The notes below the pieces were generated by a model. The model was not told the origin of the DNA. It did not search any database and was given only the letters and a program-made list of their open reading frames with translations. A DNA stretch of 63,271 nt, filler included, from Octopus bimaculoides (Eukaryota): NCBI RefSeq assembly GCF_001194135.2. It is 6 parts of 5 records of this genome, joined end to end, with 100 filler letters (N's around TTAATTAATTAA, not from the genome) between each part and the next. Parts side by side here need not be neighbours in the genome. Positions count along the whole stretch, not along the records: positions 9,088 to 26,592 come from NC_069006.1; 5 more parts are not named here. One strand, written 5' to 3'. The position numbers were made by a program, and so were the translations under genes. Shown here piece by piece: positions 13,440-24,922 of this stretch. How positions within the stretch are numbered: the stretch's first letter is position 1; every line of letters begins with the position of its first letter.

Positions 13440-14400
13440 TTTCTCTTTATCACAGGTTTTGTTGAAACTCCTGGAGTCTTGCATGCATAGCAGGCTTGCT
13501 ACCTGCAGCCTACGGTACCATGCTATCTGTTCTTTTCAGCTACCCACTACTTTCCCAATTATTCTGGCCGTTCCAAGGAGGCAAACCTTTTGTAACAGTT
13601 CTACTGGGCATTCTATTCCAATTTCCTTTATATTCCCCTTAATGCCTTCTGGTACTGTTCCCAGGGACCCAACAATAATTGGTGAGCTTCACCTTCTTCG
13701 TTTTCCATAGCCAGGTTATTTCGTACTTAAGAGGGTTGTATTTATCTATCTTTTCACCTTTCTTCTTGACTATTCGTGGGTCAAAGGGGCATGCAACATC
13801 TACTATATAGTTTATATGGTGCACTTTGTCTGCCACCACAAGGTCCGGTCTGTTATGATCTGTTTGGATTGGGAAATCTGAGGATTTTGCAAATCTCCAA
13901 CTCTGCCACTCTCTGCGGTTTGTGCTCATACCATGTCTTGCCTCACTCTAGTCCCTACTTTTCACAGTGGAGACACTTGCTCTTTCCTAATGTTGATCCT
14001 CTAGTTTGTGGCCAAAGCTTGACCTTGTGCTGCCAGTATAGTGCTTTCAATCTCTTTTTTTAGGGTTCTTTTCTTCAGCCAATCCCACCTATCTTATCTA
14101 GCAACTTCTGTTGTGGCCCCTTGGAATTGATTGTGTCGTCCCTTCTTGCATGATTCTTCTTCATGTCCTTTTTTGCACTTCTTCCTTTTTCTTTTCCTTT
14201 TTTTCTTCTACTCTCAATACTCCCTCCTTCCTAACTGACACTAGCAAGGTCTCCTTATTCTGGGCTAGGTATCTCATTAAGCTCTCGGCTTCAATAAGCA
14301 CACAGTCTTCCACACTTATCATTCTTTCTCCATTTGCTCTCTTCATGTGTAGCCAACCAGTGTCTGCACGTGGATGATTCATGCATCATTAGGAGTTTTC
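13440..14400 (-). mobile_element. 3' fragment of an R4/Dong-like LINE (RT C-terminus to RLE)
   Basis: HPRADTGWLHMKRANGER (post-RT motif) and HNRPDLVVADK...IVDVACPFD...EKIDKYNPLKYEI (RLE). Confidence 0.8.
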
Positions 14401-14679
14401 TTTACTTCCTCTCCATCTTCTTTAGCTCCTCCTCTCTCCACTTCAGGACTCCAGCGCCATACCGGACTACTGCAACTGTATGCGAGTTTATTGTCAAAAT
14501 ATTATTATTATTATTGTTATTGCTGTTGTTGTTGTTATTTATTTTATCAGTCTTGTTTACATGCAAAACTCTCACAACTACACACACACACACATTTTTT
14601 GTTTTGTCCTGTCCTGTCCATAATGTTTTTCTTCATTTAAATTCTCGTGGTTAATAATGAAACCATTATTATTATTATT

Positions 14680-14995
14680 GCCTTTGCACAGCTTCTAATG
14701 CTGGAGATGTACTACGGTGTCAACTGTTCACTACCAGTGAACTAAGGTAACACCTCTTATTTTTCAAGCACCATCCAGAATATTCGAGTGGCTCCAAGCA
14801 GTGTTGTTGTTTGCAAGTCTGCCACCCTTATTGCAACCCCTATTTGTTCCATGTACTTCTCAAGATTTTTACTCACTGTTCCCAGGGCTGCCACAATTAT
14901 TGGTACTACTACCACCTTTTTCAGCGACCACATCTGCTTAACCTCCCAAGCTAACCTGTCATATCTATCGACTTTTCTTTCTTTCTTATCGCATA
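14680..14995 (-). mobile_element. Short 3' end of an R4/Dong-like LINE between (AAT)n tracts
   Basis: KERKVDRYDRLAWEVKQMWSLKKVVVVPIIVAALGTVSKNLEKYMEQIG is an RLE C-terminus. ATT repeats flank both sides. Confidence 0.75.
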
Positions 14996-15635
14996 TTATT
15001 ATTGTTATTTGTATTACTTTCTAAGGCTGCAAGCTGGCAGAATCATTAGCCTGCTGGACTTAGCGGTATTTCAACCGTTGCTACATTCTGAATTCAAATT
15101 CTGCTAAGCTTCACTTTATTTTTCATCCATCCAGGGCCGATGAAAGAATTACCAGTCAAGTACTGGGCTCAATAAGATCATAGTGGTGGTGGTGGTGGTG
15201 GTGGTGGTAGTAGTGGTGGTGATAGTAGTGGTGGTGGTGGTGGTGGGTGACGGTACTAATGATGGTGATAGTAATAGAGGTAGTGGTGGTGGTGGTGGTG
15301 ATAGTGGTGGTGGTGATAGCAGTGGTGGCTGCAGCGTTAGTAGTGGTGGTGGTGGTGGTGATTCAAGTGTTTTGTTTTAAGTGTAGACAAGTATAACAAT
15401 TGAAATCAATCTGTTTGGGATAGGTCCATGACCATAGTGGTGGTGGTGGTAGTGGCACTCATGATGGTGGTAATGACATTGTTTGTGACATTGATGATGA
15501 TGGTGATGACGATGATGATGGTGAAAAGGAGGTGGATGGTGGGGATGTTGTTGCTGTTTCCCACAGTATATCTTATCATTGTTGATATAATAATAATAAT
15601 AATTATTATTATTATTATTGTTATTATTATTATTG

Positions 15636-15930
15636 AGTGAGAGAGCTGTGCATGCCATTAAAGTGACACTGGGGTAAAATATATGAAGCCCATTATACCC
15701 ATCATGACTACCCGTCTGATGAGGGTACACTAGGCACATACATCACAACCATATGTGCGTGACATGGTGGTCTCATATCAAGATAAACAGCGCATGGACT
15801 TGCAGGTGGGGTCGAGTATCCCATCCCGCTCAAAAGGTCCCTGAATATAGGTTGTTTAAGGCTGTTGAGCGAAACACCCATGTTTCCAGAGATGAATAAA
15901 CCAAATCCCAAAGAATTCCTCTTAACACAT
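15636..15930 (-). mobile_element. Short non-coding interspersed element ending in (AAT)n (3' part)
   Basis: Homologous to 17065-17365 (catgactacccgtctgatgagggtac...tatcaagataaacagcgcatg). Abuts an (ATT)n tract. Confidence 0.65.
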
Positions 15931-16478
15931 TTTTTTTGCTGTCAAGTTTCAAAAAATCATTAAAATCTAAACTTCTGCAGAACCAAACTCATTTATAAAC
16001 TTTATTTTATAGACCTTACAGTAATAATAATGGTAGGTTCACTTTACTCTTCATCCTTTCAGAGTCAATGAAATAAGTACCAGTTGAGAACTGAGGGTTG
16101 ATGTAATCAACCAGACCTCATTCCTCCAAAATTTCAGGCCTTGTGCCTATAGTAGCTTCTTCCCAAATCATATAGACTCATAAGGTGAATTTCCAGGTTT
16201 CTGTGGTGTATATTCCCTCCTGGATGGGATGCCAGTCTGTCACAGGATTACTCATTTTTGCAGCAGAGTGGACTGAGGCCATCTGAAACAAAGGGTTTTA
16301 CTCAAGAACACAACAGATTACCCAGTCCAGGAATTGAAACCACAATCCTACAATCATGAGTCCACCTGGTCTTATAGTAGAAAGGATTATTGTCTTTATT
16401 GTTGTTGTTGTTTTCAATATCTTAACACTTACCTGTTCTTTCTCTTTCTGATGTAATTTTTTCTTCTTTTTTTTTCAG

Positions 16479-17012
16479 CTAACTGGGATGGTTTCCAAGA
16501 CAAGGAAAGCGGAATCTGGAGTTACACCTGGGCTGTAGGCAAAACTGTCTGTGACAGCGACATCGTCCCCTTCTCTGAACCAATGACCAACACGGGCAGT
16601 GTTGACCGCCTTCAAAAATCTGGTTTTGCCAGCAATCTCCAGCTAACCGACGGACCCTACTACATCACAGTGCAGGCCCTCAACAACGTGGTTCTGGGTG
16701 GGGCCATGGTCACCACGGTATGCCACTCGCAAGCTCTCACTGTCGACACATCACCACCCAAATTCCACAGTGTCGAGAGTTTCACCTTTGACCAAGACTT
16801 TGACACACTGACCATTTACTACAGTGCTAAAGATGACTTGTCCCTGATAGCCAAGGTGGACTTTGGTCTTGGTAAGACCAAACATGACTCAATGGTTCGT
16901 GCCTATTCTACTTATCCTAGTGAACTCAATGGGCAGCAGAAAATCGTTATCGAAAATTTGGCCCTCACCGCTGGGACAACAGCCTGGATTAGACTGAGGG
17001 TTTATAACAATG
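16479..17012 (+). CDS. Internal exon (first visible) of a large FN3/Ig-like repeat protein
   Basis: Polypyrimidine tract and AG end at 16478. Open frame (A)NWDGFQDKESGIWSYTWAVGKTVCDSDIVPF...VDTSPP...WIRLRVYNN. Donor G|GTGAGT at 17012/17013; phase 1 in and phase 1 out. Confidence 0.9.
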
Positions 17013-17064
17013 GTGAGTTTCAAAATGGTTAACAGCCATATTATTTTGTCATTTGGGTTCAAAT

Positions 17065-17364
17065 GTACAAAGCCTGATATACCCCTCATGACTACCCGTC
17101 TGATGAGGGTACAACAAGCACGAGCATCGCAACCATATGTGCATGACATGATGAACTCATATCAAGATAAACAGCGCATGACCTCGCAGGTGGGATCCAG
17201 TTATAATTTCCTTCAAGTTGAGTAGCCCACCCTACTCAAAAGCTCCCTGAATATGGTTTGTTTAAAGATGGTGTATGAAATACCCATATTTCCAGAGATG
17301 AACCTCAAAGAATCCCTTTGATCAGAAGCCACAAGAGCCAATGCCTGATACTGCACAAGGGCAC

Positions 17365-17365
<1 letters not shown>
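17065..17365 (-). mobile_element. Second copy of the short element (5' part)
   Basis: Homologous to 15700-15930. Its 5' ~45 nt resemble the start of the LINE piece at 40073. Confidence 0.65.
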
Positions 17366-17415
<50 letters not shown>

Positions 17416-17436
17416 CATTACTACTACTACTACTAC

Positions 17437-17463
<27 letters not shown>
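17365..17463. repeat. (TAT)n/(TAC)n microsatellite between two retroelement pieces
   Basis: Read directly from the sequence. Confidence 0.95.
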
Positions 17464-17467
<4 letters not shown>

Positions 17468-18935
17468 TAGGCTTATTTTTATCACATGCTTTCATTGCAG
17501 TACCAAGTGCAGCTCTATGTACCTTGAGTATATGCTGTGGTTTGTTGTGATGCTCTTATTTTTACTGTATTGAAAGTGTTTTGTGTAGGATGTGTGCAGT
17601 GCCCAGTAGTGCAATTTTCTGTATGTTATATATATTTGTTAGTCCTGGTATTTTTGTTATGTATTTGTCTGAATATTTTTTTATCATACCTAATGCACCC
17701 ACTATGATAGGAATTGGTTCTGTTTTACTAGGCTCCACATTCGAGTTACCTCTATTTCCAGGTCTTTGTGTTTTGAAAGTTTCTCCATTTCTTTAAGAGA
17801 AATATTATCATCTGTTGGTATTGATACATCAATTAGAAAACATTTTATTTCTTGATGATCTCTGACAACTATATCTGGCCTATTGGCTTTAATTTCTCTA
17901 TCTGTGTGTATTGGCATATCCCAGAGTATGGTTGCTTTCTCATTTTCTGTGACCTTTTCTGGCGTGTGTTTATACCATCTTTTTTCTGTTATTATTCCAT
18001 AGTGTTAGCATAGCTTCCAGTGTATGTAGGTCCCAACTCTGTCGTGTCTGTGAATATATTCCTTCTTAGCCAGGACTGAGCAGCCAGAGACAATATGATT
18101 TATTGTTTCTTCTCCATCTCCACATAGTCTACAATTACTTGTATTTCGTTTCATTACATGCTTTTGGTAATTTCTGGTGGGGAGGCTTTGGTCTTGTGCT
18201 GCAATTAAAAATCCTTCAGTCTCTGCTTCGAGTCCTGAGCTTCTCAGCCATTGTTGGGATTTTGCTTTGTCTATTTCTTTTCTGTTTAGCTTAACCCAGT
18301 ATTTGCCATGAAGAGGCTTTTCTTGCCATCGTTTTATCATGATCCATTGTTGTTCCAGTTTTAGTTGAGATTTCAGTTGTTATACAGCTTTTGTTGTTTC
18401 TTCTTTTTCTTCATAGTTTTTAGGTACTATGACTTCTTTTTTATATTTGTCAATTTCCTTTAAGACTGAAAACAATTTTTTGTTTTGTTCATGTTTTGTG
18501 GCTTTTTTGTATTAGTCTTCCTTGTTTCTGAAGTGGGTATTTCTGTAGTCCTATGGTGGTTATTCTGTGTTAGTTTTCTAGCTGTATAAGGCCTCTACCA
18601 CCTTTGATATGTTGTATATATAACCTTTCTATGTCAGATTTTGGGTGGTGCATCCTAAATCCTATCATTATTTTTCATGTTTTCCTGTCTATTTTGATTA
18701 GTTCATTTAGAGTCCAGTTAAGAATATTGTAGCTGTAACTTATAACTGGAACGACTAGAGTCTTGATACCTATTATCTTGTTTTTCGCATTGAGCTGTTT
18801 CCAGTATTAATCTAACTTGTCTATAGTATCCTTTTCTTCTCTTCTCTCTCATTTGTGTGTGTTGTATCATATTTAGTTCATTGATTCCTAAGTATTTGAG
18901 TCTGACGTTGGTCTAATTCTCTTATTTCATTTGCT
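17464..18935 (-). mobile_element. 5'-truncated R4/Dong-like LINE (RT thumb, CCHC knuckle, RLE) embedded in (TAA)n
   Basis: HHPKSDIERLY, WQEKPLHGKY, CRLCGDGEETINHIVSGC (CCHC), NRPDIVV...LIDVSIP (RLE). A ~100-bp TAA/TAG tail at 17365-17463 and (TAT)n at the 5' junction. Confidence 0.9.
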
Positions 18936-18954
18936 TTATCTATTATTATTATAA

Positions 18955-19009
<55 letters not shown>

Positions 19010-19422
19010 GGCAGTAATCTGGCAGAATTATTAGCATGCTGGACTAAATGCTTAGCGATATGTTGTCTGTTGCTACATTCTGAGCTCAAATTGCGCCGAG
19101 ATTGACTTTGCCATTCGTCCTTTCGGGGTCAATAGATTAAGTACCAGTCAAGTACTGAGATTGATGTAATTGATTGTTCCCCTCCCCACAAAAATCCAGG
19201 TCTTGTGCCTTTAGTAGAAAGAATCATTATAATTATTATTGTTGTTGTTATAATTATTATTATTATCTATTTTTAACTTTTTTACGTTCTGAGTTCATGT
19301 ACTTTCAAGATCAACTTTACCTTTCACCCTTCCTGGGGATTGATAAAATAAAGTACCCCCTTCCCTCCAAACTACTGAGGTTATGCATAAATTAAAAAAT
19401 TTCATTTAATTATTTATTGCAG

Positions 19423-19600
19423 TTGGCCTGTATACTGCTGGTCATGGAGACGTCCCACTGCTCAAAGACGACACACCTCCTAATGCCGGGGTGGTGTATG
19501 ATGGCAAAGACATTGAAAAGGACGCTGGATTTCAGTCAGACAGATCTGTGATTTGTGCCCACTGGGACCTGTTTACGGATGAAGAAACAGGAATTGGCAG
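19423..19600 (+). CDS. Internal exon 2 of the same gene
   Basis: Acceptor ttattgcag|. Phase 1 joins the previous exon (G+TT=Val). Reads VGLYTAGHGDVPLLKDDTPPNAGVVYDGKDIEKDAGFQ...HWDLFTDEETGIG. Donor AG|GTGTGA, phase 2. Confidence 0.85.
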
Positions 19601-19822
19601 GTGTGATTATTTCTACAGATATCCCTATTGCACTATTGTTGTTGGGAATTGGTGCAATTTGAACACTCGAATATATATATACATATAGTATATATATATG
19701 TATATACATATATGCCTACATACCTACATATATACATGTGTGCATGTATGCATGTAAGTATGTATGGATATATATGCATGTATGTTTGTATGTATGTATA
19801 TACACATAAGTGATATAAGTGT

Positions 19823-20120
19823 ATATGGTGGTTGTCTACTCCTTAAACAGAGTTTGACCACCTCCTGCACCTACACCTTAGCCCTTTCATGGCGTCTGAT
19901 GTGGCTTTTTAAACCAGACAGTGTTTTGAAAAAACACCCACACAGATTGCACCTCTGATTTGCACTACCAATACCTGCAAGTAAGTTCTGCTCATTGTGG
20001 ATCCTAACATGTCTTTTAAGACCCCCATTGGATTTGCAAACCCTCTGGCACACACCACATTCAAACGTGTGCACAGACATATAATCAGAATAGCTGGATG
20101 AGGTTTGTTTTCCATGGGTT
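19823..20120 (-). mobile_element. 3' end of a probable LINE (RTE-like) encoding two C2H2 zinc fingers
   Basis: ORF 19871-20080 has two C-x2-C-x12-H-x3-H motifs with a 15-aa non-TGEKP linker and no clear splice acceptor. It is antisense in an intron and flanked by (TA)/(CATA) microsatellites. The RTE assignment is an inference. Confidence 0.5.
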
Positions 20121-20801
20121 CACATAAGTGTATATACATACATGCATACATATATACNNNNNNNNNNNNNNNNNNNNNNNNNNNNNNNNNNNNNNNNNNN
20201 NNNNNNNNNNNNNNNNNNNNNNNNNNNNNNNNNNNNNNNNNNNNNNNNNNNNNNNNNNNNNNNNNNNNNNNNNNNNNNNNNNNNNNNNNNNNNNNNNNNN
20301 NNNNNNNNNNNNNNNNNNNNNNNNNNNNNNNNNNNNNNNNNNNNNNNNNNNNNNNNNNNNNNNNNNNNNNNNNNNNNNNNNNNNNNNNNNNNNNNNNNNN
20401 NNNNNNNNNNNNNNNNNNNNNNNNNNNNNNNNNNNNNNNNNNNNNNNNNNNNNNNNNNNNNNNNNNNNNNNNNNNNNNNNNNNNNNNNNNNNNNNNNNNN
20501 NNNNNNNNNNNNNNNNNNNNNNNNNNNNNNNNNNNNNNNNNNNNNNNNNNNNNNNNNNNNNNNNNNNNNNNNNNNNNNNNNNNNNNNNNNNNNNNNNNNN
20601 NNNNNNNNNNNNNNNNNNNNNNNNNNNNNNNNNNNNNNNNNNNNNNNNNNNNNNNNNNNNNNNNNNNNNNNNNNNNNNNNNNNNNNNNNNNNNNNNNNNN
20701 NNNNNNNNNNNNNNNNNNNNNNNNNNNNNNNNNNNNNNNNNNNNNNNNNNNNNNNNNNNNNNNNNNNNNNNNNNNNNNNNNNNNNNNNNNNNNNNNNNNN
20801 G

Positions 20802-20890
20802 TGCAGCTGAAGATTGCTCTTCATATTGCATTTAAGGTAATGCTCACATTACTTAAATAAATTGAAGTAGCATGAAACGTGCGTACTGCA
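20802..20890 (+). ncRNA. Minimal type I hammerhead ribozyme motif
   Basis: Stem I TGCAG/CTGCA; core CTGAAGA (20807-13); long stem II; GAAA (20874-77); self-complementary stem III ACGTGCGT; GTA cleavage triplet (site after 20885). Folded by eye. Confidence 0.75.
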
Positions 20891-22009
20891 ATCACTTTTG
20901 AAATCCGTGTTGCTTATTATATATATGTATATATATATATATACATACAAATACACTTAATTGTGTTTGAAGATTGAAGACATGAAACTCGGAGTTGTGA
21001 TTACGAGGTTTCTTATTTTCAGTAATCTGACGAAACTCTACATTTTATATTGAGTACTCTCTTTTTTGCTCAGTTTTTCTGCCATAACACACACACACAC
21101 ACACACACATGCAGCCTGTTATCCTAAAATTCTCACTTAAAAATAACTAAATTTATTCTTCAGAAAGCTTTATAATTTGGCAGAGAATTTATATCATTTC
21201 AAGACTTTGACTATTTTGTATAGTATTTTGCTATATGCCAGGGAAATCTTTACTATTCTATATTTTATGTATTTATTTATTTACTTTTGGTTAAACCTAG
21301 TGGTCAGGAAATTTCTAATGTAGCCAAGGAATTGTATGAAGGGAATGGAGTTTGTAAATTAATTGTATTCTACACCATAAACTTAATCTGGCAAAAATTC
21401 CACTCCACAGATTTCGGCTTTTATAGTAATGATGGACAACTCATTTTCTGAAGTTTAAATGACCATAAAACTGATGCTGTCAACACGGAGTTCATTTATA
21501 TTTTCAAAACATTAGAGTTAAAGATCACAGAATATATGAATTTAAGCATAGTTGTTTCTTAAATGTTACTCTAGTGTTAGGTACTGGTGACTGCAATTCT
21601 TATAAACCCCACGTGAAATAGCAGTATATTAGTATAAATTCCAACTATTATTTGATGATTAAAAAAATAAACTATTTAATAATATTACTGAATGAATATT
21701 GAGTTTAGCCATTGATGACAAAACCTTTAACCATATTAGTTATAACTTTACACACACTATATATTTATGAACAAAAAACAGGGACTAAAATATTATATGG
21801 TATAACCCCCTGTATAGTTTAAATGTTCATGCCAATGTTGCCAAGATTTTCCTAAACCTTATACTGAGATTAAATAGCTAATTGGTCATATCTTTCACCG
21901 GAATAACTTCACTTTGAGCTCAATCGATTATTTAAAATACAAAAAGTATCATAACTAAATTCTATCAAATTCATTTAGCAGAATTTTACATATAATTGTT
22001 CGTTTCTAG

Positions 22010-22203
22010 GTATAAATGGGCAGTTGGAAGCCAAGTTGGTCTTGCAGACATCGTACCATTCAGAGAATTGTTTCATGGCACCACGAAAGCTTGTGCATCA
22101 CTCCCGCCTACTCTTCTACGACACAACACAACTTATTATTCCACTGTGATAGCTTTCAACAATGCCCTGAACTCACAGAGCACCCAGGCTTTCTCAAACG
22201 GGG
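22010..22203 (+). CDS. Internal exon 3 of the same gene
   Basis: Acceptor gtttctag|. Phase 2 (AG+G=Arg). Reads RYKWAVGSQVGLADIVPF...YYSTVIAFNNALNSQSTQAFSNG. Donor G|GTATGT, phase 1. Confidence 0.88.
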
Positions 22204-22925
22204 GTATGTATAAATAATTGACTAGTGTAAAATAATTTGATATCCCTGGTTCACATACTGGTGTGATAAGTAAACTATTTGATTCATCTCAGCTAAGATC
22301 ACACCCAGACTAAGTGATCGGACATCCAAGAGATAGGCTCAGGTGTGGCTGTGTGGTTAAGAAGCTTGCTTCCCAACCATTTGGCCTTGGGTTCAGTTCT
22401 ACTGTGTGGAAGCTTGGGGAAGTGTCTTCTACTATGACCCAGACCCGACCAAAGATTCGTGAGTGGATTTGATAGATGGAAACCGAAAGAAGCCCATTAT
22501 GTGGGGGGGGAGAAAGTGTGTGCGTGTGTGTGTATGTGCGGGCATGTGTGCATGCGTGTCTTTGTGTTTGTCTCCCCCACCACTCGATAACCGGTGTTGT
22601 TATGTTTATGTTCCCATAACTTAGTGCCTTGGTAAAGGCTTAAAAAGTACCTGAGCTGATTTGTTCAGCTGAAACCTTCAGGGCAGTAACCCAACATGGT
22701 CACAGTCCAAGGACTGAAACAAATAAAAGATATCTGACACTCCATGTGAAGGAGCACCTTTGATCAGCGCTCTGCTAGATCAAGCCTAAACAACAACAAT
22801 TAGAAAGGGCAGATTAGCTAATGTGATCATAAATTGCACTCTGCCAGAATAAAAGACAGGATGGTCTTAATTTGATAAATTGATTAAATACATATTTACT
22901 TTTACTTTTTTTATTCTTTCTTCAG

Positions 22926-23617
22926 TTCTTCTGGATACTACACCTCCTGTTGCTGGTTGGGCCAAAGATGGCAGCGACCCACTTAGAGATATGAATTTTG
23001 CTTCAGATCCAGCAAAAGTCTCATGCAACTGGGGTGCGTTCAGTGACCAGGAGAGTGATATTGACTACTATGAGGTGGTTATGTTTGTCAACGATGTACA
23101 TTTGAAGAGCACACACATTAACAATGAAACACAGTTTGAAGACAACTCTGTAAGCCTGAAATGTGGTGTGAAAGTCCGGTTTGAAATCATAGGATTCAAC
23201 AAAGCTGGCCTTTCTAATGTTACCTACACAGATGGGTTCCTTCTAGATTGCACTCCGCCCAAACTAAAATCAATACAAGCATCTAAGAATGGTCTGCGTT
23301 ACCAGGCACGCAATGACTCTTTGGATTTAGAAATTGACTTTATGGATTCAGAATCAGGAATGGCAGAATACAGAATTGAAATCTTTGAGGAATTTCAGGG
23401 ACAAAAGCAACACTTCTGGCCAAGAAATCAAACCTATCATGTGATTGATTTAAAAGGTGTAACTAATGCCCAGGTTTCTATCCCAGTGCAAAACCTCAAA
23501 TTACAAATAGGAGCTATGTACCATGCAGAAGTTGTAGCATTAAATGAAGCTGGGCTTTCAGCATCAGTGAATTCAGATGGGGTCCTTGTTGACATGACTC
23601 CACCGATTCTGAAAAAT
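22926..23617 (+). CDS. Internal exon 4 of the same gene
   Basis: Long polypyrimidine tract and ttcag|. Phase 1 (Val). Reads VLLDTTPPVAGWAKDGSD...DQESDIDYYEV...LDCTPP...DSESGMAEY...VDMTPPILKN. Donor |GTAAGT, phase 0. Confidence 0.92.
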
Positions 23618-24677
23618 GTAAGTAGACTCATTTCTTCTTAGAGCTTCACATAAATATTAACTATGTACACTCTTTGGACTCTTAGTGCATTTTGTGTAAG
23701 ATTTTGTTGATGCATATGTTACCTACACTGCTGGGTTCCTTCTAGAAAGAGAGAGCGTGCGTGTGTGTGTGCGTGTGAGTGTGCGTGCCTTTGTATGTGT
23801 TTGTCTCCACCACCACTTGATAACCAGTGTTGTTATGTTTATGTTCCCATAACTTAGTGTTTTGGTAAAGGTTAAAAAATATCAAAGGTGCCCCAGCCAT
23901 GACCGTTTCTCAATCTAGAAGGAACCCATCTATGTAGGTAACATTAGAAAAGCCAGCTTTGTCATATATGAGAATTTTTTAATTTGTTTCTTTTATCGGA
24001 GAAAATACCACAATTCTGGTTTAAATTCTGCCTAAACCATCACATCTTTCCTCTTCCTCACAGCAGAGAAATATCTCAAAAGGCTTTGTTCTAGTTGCAG
24101 GTTGCCTTTCAAATATTTTTCTTAGAAGATAGATTTGGTATGTATGTATGTATGTATGTATGTATGTATGTATGTATGTATGTATGCCTATATAATTACA
24201 TATATATATACTGAAATTTTATAAATCTTCTTGTCCATTTCCTTGCATTCAGNNNNNNNNNNNNNNNNNNNNNNNNNNNNNNNNNNNNNNNNNNNNNNNN
24301 NNNNNNNNNNNNNNNNNNNNNNNNNNNNNNNNNNNNNNNNNNNNNNNNNNNNNNNNNNNNNNNNNNNNNNNNNNNNNNNNNNNNNNNNNNNNNNNNNNNN
24401 NNNNNNNNNNNNNNNNNNNNNNNNNNNNNNNNNNNNNNNNNNNNNNNNNNNNNNNNNNNNNNNNNNNNNNNNNNNNNNNNNNNNNNNNNNNNNNNNNNNN
24501 NNNNNNNNNNNNNNNNNNNNNNNNNNNNNNNNNNNNNNNNNNNNNNNNNNNNNNNNNNNNNNNNNNNNNNNNNNNNNNNNNNNNNNNNNNNNNNNNNNNN
24601 NNNNNNNNNNNNNNTAAGTAAGAGGGAAAAAGTGATTGAAAGCTTAAATAATAACAATGTTGTTGTTGTTGTTTTAG

Positions 24678-24887
24678 ATACGCATTGGTCTTGATGAAGA
24701 AGAGGAACTGGCTGATGATGGCAGCATAATATTGGATGACCCATCTCACGTGGTCATCAGCTGGACATCACATGACCCTGAGAGTGGTATCGCAAAAGTC
24801 CTGACAGCTATTGGGACGAGTCCAGATGAAAACAATGCTGGTTTTGGCTCTGTGACTGGTGGCTATGTGGAAGTTAACAGCAGAGGT

Positions 24888-24922
<35 letters not shown>

